From Candidatus Omnitrophota bacterium (GTDB taxonomy: Bacteria; Omnitrophota; Gorgyraeia; Zapsychrales; Zapsychraceae): a stretch of DNA of 64,000 bases. The stretch's first letter is position 1. The number at the start of each line of letters is the position of its first letter. This document shows, one piece after another, positions 55,014 to 61,000 of the stretch. The notes beneath the pieces were generated by a model. That model saw only the letters and a list, made by a program, of their open reading frames with translations, had not been told where the DNA came from and did no database searches. Location: NCBI GenBank assembly GCA_015233195.1, contig JADFYE010000008.1:11470-75469 (forward strand). Direction: 5' to 3'. Position numbers and translations under genes: made by a program.

Positions 55014-58000
55014 TTAAACTGCTAACTTATGCTCCATGGGCTCAGTTGTGTCCAAACCTAATAATGGTAACGGACTTGCCAGTGGCGTGATTTTAATTAT
55101 AAACGCTTCAACGCCAGTAAAATCGCCTCTCTGGAATTCTGCAACCATTGCTGGATCAAATTGAAATTCAACCCCTTTCCCCTCTACAGCTACATCTAAC
55201 CCCATTTTATTTCCATTAAGATCAATACCACCCGGAGCCTGACGTGCTTCTAACTTTTGTCTTTTTTGTTCAATCATGCGTAACGCACTTTGACGTAATG
55301 CATTGTTAGCAGAAAGCCACCTACGAGCAAATACTTCTTGTACATCTAATTCTGAAGCTTTTCGCGCTTTTCTAACATTTCTGCTCATATCTCTCAAGGC
55401 TTTTAACTCTTGTAGATTTCTCTTTTTATCACCATTGTCCACTGCCATTGCTTGGTCCTTCGCATCTACATATTTAACTGTAAAAACAAAAGCCCCTTCT
55501 TTTTTTGCAAAAACTAATAAATCACGGATTCTATATGATAAATCGTCTGCCGCTTCTCCCTTAGCAAGTTTTTCTTTGGTCAGCCATTTAAGAATATCTT
55601 GCCGCGCCTGCAGTCTTGCGTTTTCCTCTGCCTGGGCGAAAGAACTAACAGTATTTAACTCAATGGTATAAACATTTCCTCTACTTTTCAAAAATTGTTT
55701 AGTCAATTTTGTTGTTTCTTTGAGCCAAACTATTTGCTCCGCAATCATTCGTAAAACCTCTTTATCCAATCCGAAACTCTCGACTTTTTCTTTAAAAATT
55801 TCGACAGAGGTAAGCATATATAATACGGCCCGTAAAAGTTCATATCCACTCCTTGATTCTTCAGGAAGGATTTTACTTATACTGGTTTCCCATTCAAAAA
55901 AATCTGCCTTTGATATAACGCTATAAATATATTTCATATCAACAACTACTGCCATTTTTTCCGCTTCTTTTAAAATGTCAGCTTCAGACATTCCTTGTTT
56001 GCGCAAAGCACTAAAATGGGCTTTATTCTCTTTTATTATGCTCTGCATCCGCTCTTGCCGATCTTCAACTATTGCTTTACCCATATCTAAAATTTTTCTA
56101 AATTCCCAATACCGACTGATCCAGTGTTTCACTTGATCCATTTTCAATATCGTTCTAATTTTTTTATCGCCCATCTTTTGCTCATGAACATACATATTAT
56201 CCGCGAGTATTTGTACAGCAATCTCTAATTCATACAAATCTTCGCAAGAAGAACTTAATAATTGATAAATAGGATACATTATTAAATTATCATTTAAAGT
56301 AATGCCTGAAACTACTTTATAAAAAAATCTTTTTAATCTCGTTTTTATTGCGTCTTCCTCACTATTGATTCTTTTCTGCAATTGCGAACGAACATACTGC
56401 TTTGCCCTCTCACTTAATTGTCCGGAACCATCTTTCAAAAGAAACGACGCTGGTATAGACAACATCGCCGCGTCAACAGTTATGGTTACGCGTCCAGATC
56501 GCGTTTCTCCAGCTTTCAAAAGACGTGAACCGCCGGGCTGTCCCTGCATATTAGGACCATTGGCTGTGGTTGTTACAGATTCATCGCCCATAATACCAAA
56601 ATTTTCTCCACCTTCTTTACTTCCATCCCAAACATGAAATACACCATACCCCTCTTTATTCACAAACATATCTCCAGACATTTCAACTTTAGTGATAACG
56701 CCTCTTTTGTGATCCCGTGTAATAGAGGTAATAACACCTTCTTGGGACTTCACCAAAAATGTGTTATCATAGGTACCGCCTCGCAATATTTGCGGCGTAT
56801 TAAGATTTTTATTCCCTAACGCCAACAAATTTCCCGTAGGAATTAGCTCATCACTAACTTCAAACACTTTTTGAGCTCCACGCACCTGAATATCTGTTTC
56901 TCCTGGTGAAAATATTCTCTTTGGATGGACACCAAAATCAGCGATAACTTCATAACCGCCATCTCGTTCTGCTTCTGCAGACGTTGTCAAATTTTGCGTT
57001 TCAACATCAATGGTCAACTCTTTACCTTTGAAACTATATGTAACCGTGGTTTTAGAATGACCCAGCGCTTCCGCAAGACCTGGATAATCCGTAGTTTCAA
57101 ATGACGCTTGAACAACAATAGCTCCGCCTTGTTCTCGGACTTCAAAATCTTTCCATGTGTCAGCGCCGCGTCCGACTCCGTGCATAAAATTTTTTGTTGG
57201 TCTTCCGTCCAACACAGCCCTTGTGAGTCCCTGAATCTCTTCAGGCTTAAGTTCAAACATTCTTCCGTTGCGAATGACCGTTCCATTCTGGATCCGGTTA
57301 ACAAATGGCATCATAAAAAACAACCCGCTGCCAATTTCATTAGGAGCTTCAGACATGAGCAAGGTTTCCTTGCCGTTGACAATATGGGAGACTACGCGGA
57401 ACCCTTTAGTAGCGATGACCGTTATGCTTGTTTCAGGTTTTTGCGGCTCACCTTTTTCCGTGAATTTTAAAAATACTTGTCCCTGCTTTACAGACATTTC
57501 AGCTTTATACTTACTATTTGTGCCGTTGATACCTTTAATGGCGTTTTCAAACAAAGCAGACTTTGAGTCAGACGCCGCGTTCATTGCCGCGTCGCCTATC
57601 ACTTTCCATTTATCAGGATTCGCATCCAGAAAATCAAAAAGCTCTTTCCAATTAATATGCATTATGTGCCGCGCACTGCCAAATCCATTATTAATTAAAA
57701 AAGCTGCAGAACGCACGTTGAAAAGATCACTTATTCTGCGCATAGGCAAAGCATCAATCTTTTGTTTTAAAATTTCCCACGGAACTTTTTTCATTTGGTT
57801 GCCATCAAACCTTATTACTACAAAAGGCTCCTCCTTATTTTCCATTTGACTACAAATAAGAAAACCATTGCCATATGACACAAAATCATTTGGACCCAAA
57901 TTAACGTTTATAGATTTGCCATTAATTATCAAATCCCACTTGTATTTTCCTTCTTCTCTTGATCTAAGCTTAATTGTTATCACCTTATCTTTGTTAAAAA

Positions 58001-61000
58001 CCACCTGCGTAAAATTTGAAACCGATAGATTAGAAACTTCTACTTGCAACGAAGATCCTTGAATCATATATTGTTCATCGCCTAAGGCAAGACCGGTTCT
58101 AGCTTTCCAATCATTCCTTGGGAAAGTATACATTAAAAGCTGAATAAAACCAGAAGCTGATACCCTTAATTTAAACCGCACTTCTTTCTTTTTTACAGGA
58201 TCTTGATATGAACCGATTAAATCTATTTTGTCTTGAAGGACAGCATTAGCCGTCCAATCTTTTTCTAAAATAACCTGCCCAAATTTTGCAAGTAATTTAG
58301 GAATATTGTCATATTCTGCAATTGTCACAGATAAAAATTTATCCGCAGTCAAAGTCTTGCCTAAAAATTCTCGGGTCATACCCATAACATCCATACGACT
58401 TAATATCATTTGCTGCGTTAAAAATACTACCGCGTCTTGTGCAGATTTATCCAAACCCAACGTCTTGATTAATGCTGCCTCACTAGGCGTAAAAAACATT
58501 GCCTCATCTGTACCGCTTAGGTCTTCATTTAATTTTTCAATATCAGCTTTAACTCCGTCCATGTCTACACTTTTATTCATATATGGATCATTCCATCCAT
58601 TTATTTCTGCTGATGCAATAACCTTAGAACCAAAATTAATCACCACAGTCTTAATGGTTCTGCCCTCTCCCTCACTTCTTTGTATTCCATCTACTTTATA
58701 ACTAAAAAGTTTTCGGTTACCATAAACAATATCAAAACTCGCAATAGTAAAAAGAGCTGGTCGCGTTGCTGTTGGCTGTACTATTTCCGATACTATTGTT
58801 AATTTATCCGCAAGGTCTTCTTTGCCAATAATTTTAAATAATTGTTGGCACAAAGCTAATCCGTCTTCAGAACTCATAAACACATTATCACTTAAAACTT
58901 TTTCCAACCCAGCCGCAAATGAATCTACAGAATCCGCTAGCTGTAATTGGAAAAGAAACCAAGTTCGTATAAATTCATTCGCGTTTTCTATACCCTTTAT
59001 TTCTTTTTTCTGATTTTGCTTATTCTGCAATCTGATTGCGACAACAACCGCTGCTTTAAAAAATTCTTTGTTACTTAAATACGAGGAAACATTCTTAAAT
59101 TCTGCTAGCTGTGCCTGAGGCTTAAAACTTAAAAACTCTTTGCACCATGCAATATTCTCAGGAGTTGCTGCTTTTAATTCATTACCTAATAACTCAAAAA
59201 ACTTTTTTACATTACCTGTCCATGAAAACTGATCCGGATTATATAACACTTGAGATTCTAATAAGAACCTACGCATAGCATCTCTATCTTCATCGGTGCG
59301 CTGACTCCTTAATTGTTTAGCGAGTGAACCTGCTAGCTGCGGTCTAGGCGCTCGAAACCTAATCATCATCGCCATATCGCGTTCGCGTATTCCCATTTTT
59401 GTGTTTTTGTCTACAGAACAATTACACTTTGCCGCAAGCGCAAATTTAACCATTTCTTTTAGTGTTATTCTAAGTAGTTTTGCTTGTTTACCAAACATCT
59501 TCCAATCCGCTTTAACACGAACGTGTTCCGATATTCCCCCAAAAGCATCAACCGTAAATTCCCCATTTTTGTCGTCTGCTATCCAAACCTCTTGCACCAC
59601 AGGAAAAGCTTTAACATCGTACCCTATAATAGTCTTAACTTCAGGGGCAATCTTTCCACCTAGAGATTTGACAATACTAGCTTTTTTAATAACTTGATCT
59701 AATAATTTCTGTATTGTTGCTTTTTGTGCTCGTGGTTGCGCCTTCTTTTGAATATATTCCGCGACTGCAATGTTTAAATGATCATTTGCTACATCAACTG
59801 CCTCCCTTAATACGGTCGGAGTTGAAACCATAGCGCGATCCCGAGAAGAGATTCCTTTTATTTTCTCATTGCTCACAGAAAAACCGTAGAGAGCGACAAT
59901 CAATTTAACAAATTCCATTTTAGATAAACTCATATGTTTTAGGACATCTTCCACCTCATGTACGTAAGTAAATAATCCATGCGCGCTTATAGTAAAATTT
60001 TGCCCTTCAGGATTAACTCTGATAAAATTTCGAGGATCCTTCCAGGAAACTTTAACGTCATAAGCTTCTTTAAGAGGCATTATTACTGGGTAGCCCATTA
60101 TTTCTTTAATTTTTGTATCAACCTCGCCCCCTAATGATTCAAGCATCCGTGCATATTTTAAAAATTTAGGCGCCCAAAATTCTACTTGTGGTCGAGTAAC
60201 AATAGGCAAAGCACGTTCCGCATCATACTGCTTAACAAACACTTGCAAGACTGCGTTGACCGCATCCTTTGCTGTTCCTCGTACAATTTTTTTACCCTTG
60301 GCTTTTGTTGCCATTGCTGCATCAACTGGCACGCCTAAATACGCAGCTACTTTTTGCTTTAGCTTTCTAATCGCTATTTCCGCAGTTTCTCTAATAGCTT
60401 CGTTTTTAGGGTCTCCCAAAATTTTTTCATTTAATGCCGTAAATATTTTGAATAAAACCTTTGATAAATCTTCATCAGTTTTTACCAAACTTGTATCAAC
60501 TTTCATCTGCCCAAAATAATAAGTTTTTACCTCTTTTACATGTTCATCTGTTCCCCATATTACGTTTTCTCTTTCTTGGGCATTCGGATTATCTGTCAAT
60601 TGCAGGCTATATTCTAAGTGTGCTAGATTAACAATTAACATTTCATTCAATTTTCTCAATAATGATCCCACAGATACTGACTCAATAAAAACCGTACCTT
60701 CTTGTTCAGACATAATGAAAAAATTTTGTCCTGGCACCTTACGCCTCAAATCCCAAATAAACTCAGCTTTTGTCCTATTAATACCCGTAAAATGATCCCC
60801 CGCATTTGTTTCCGAAAACAGAACATCTTCTCTCGGTATTGTAGCGCTAGGGTCTATATATCTTATCTTAACTGCTGGCGATTCTTCTCCTGCTATGTTA
60901 ATCGCGCGCGCTGTTGCTCTTTCAAAAACCTGGTCAAAAGAAACAACCCTTTCTCGTAATGGATAATTTTCATCTACGCCCAACATCGCCTTATCTAACT

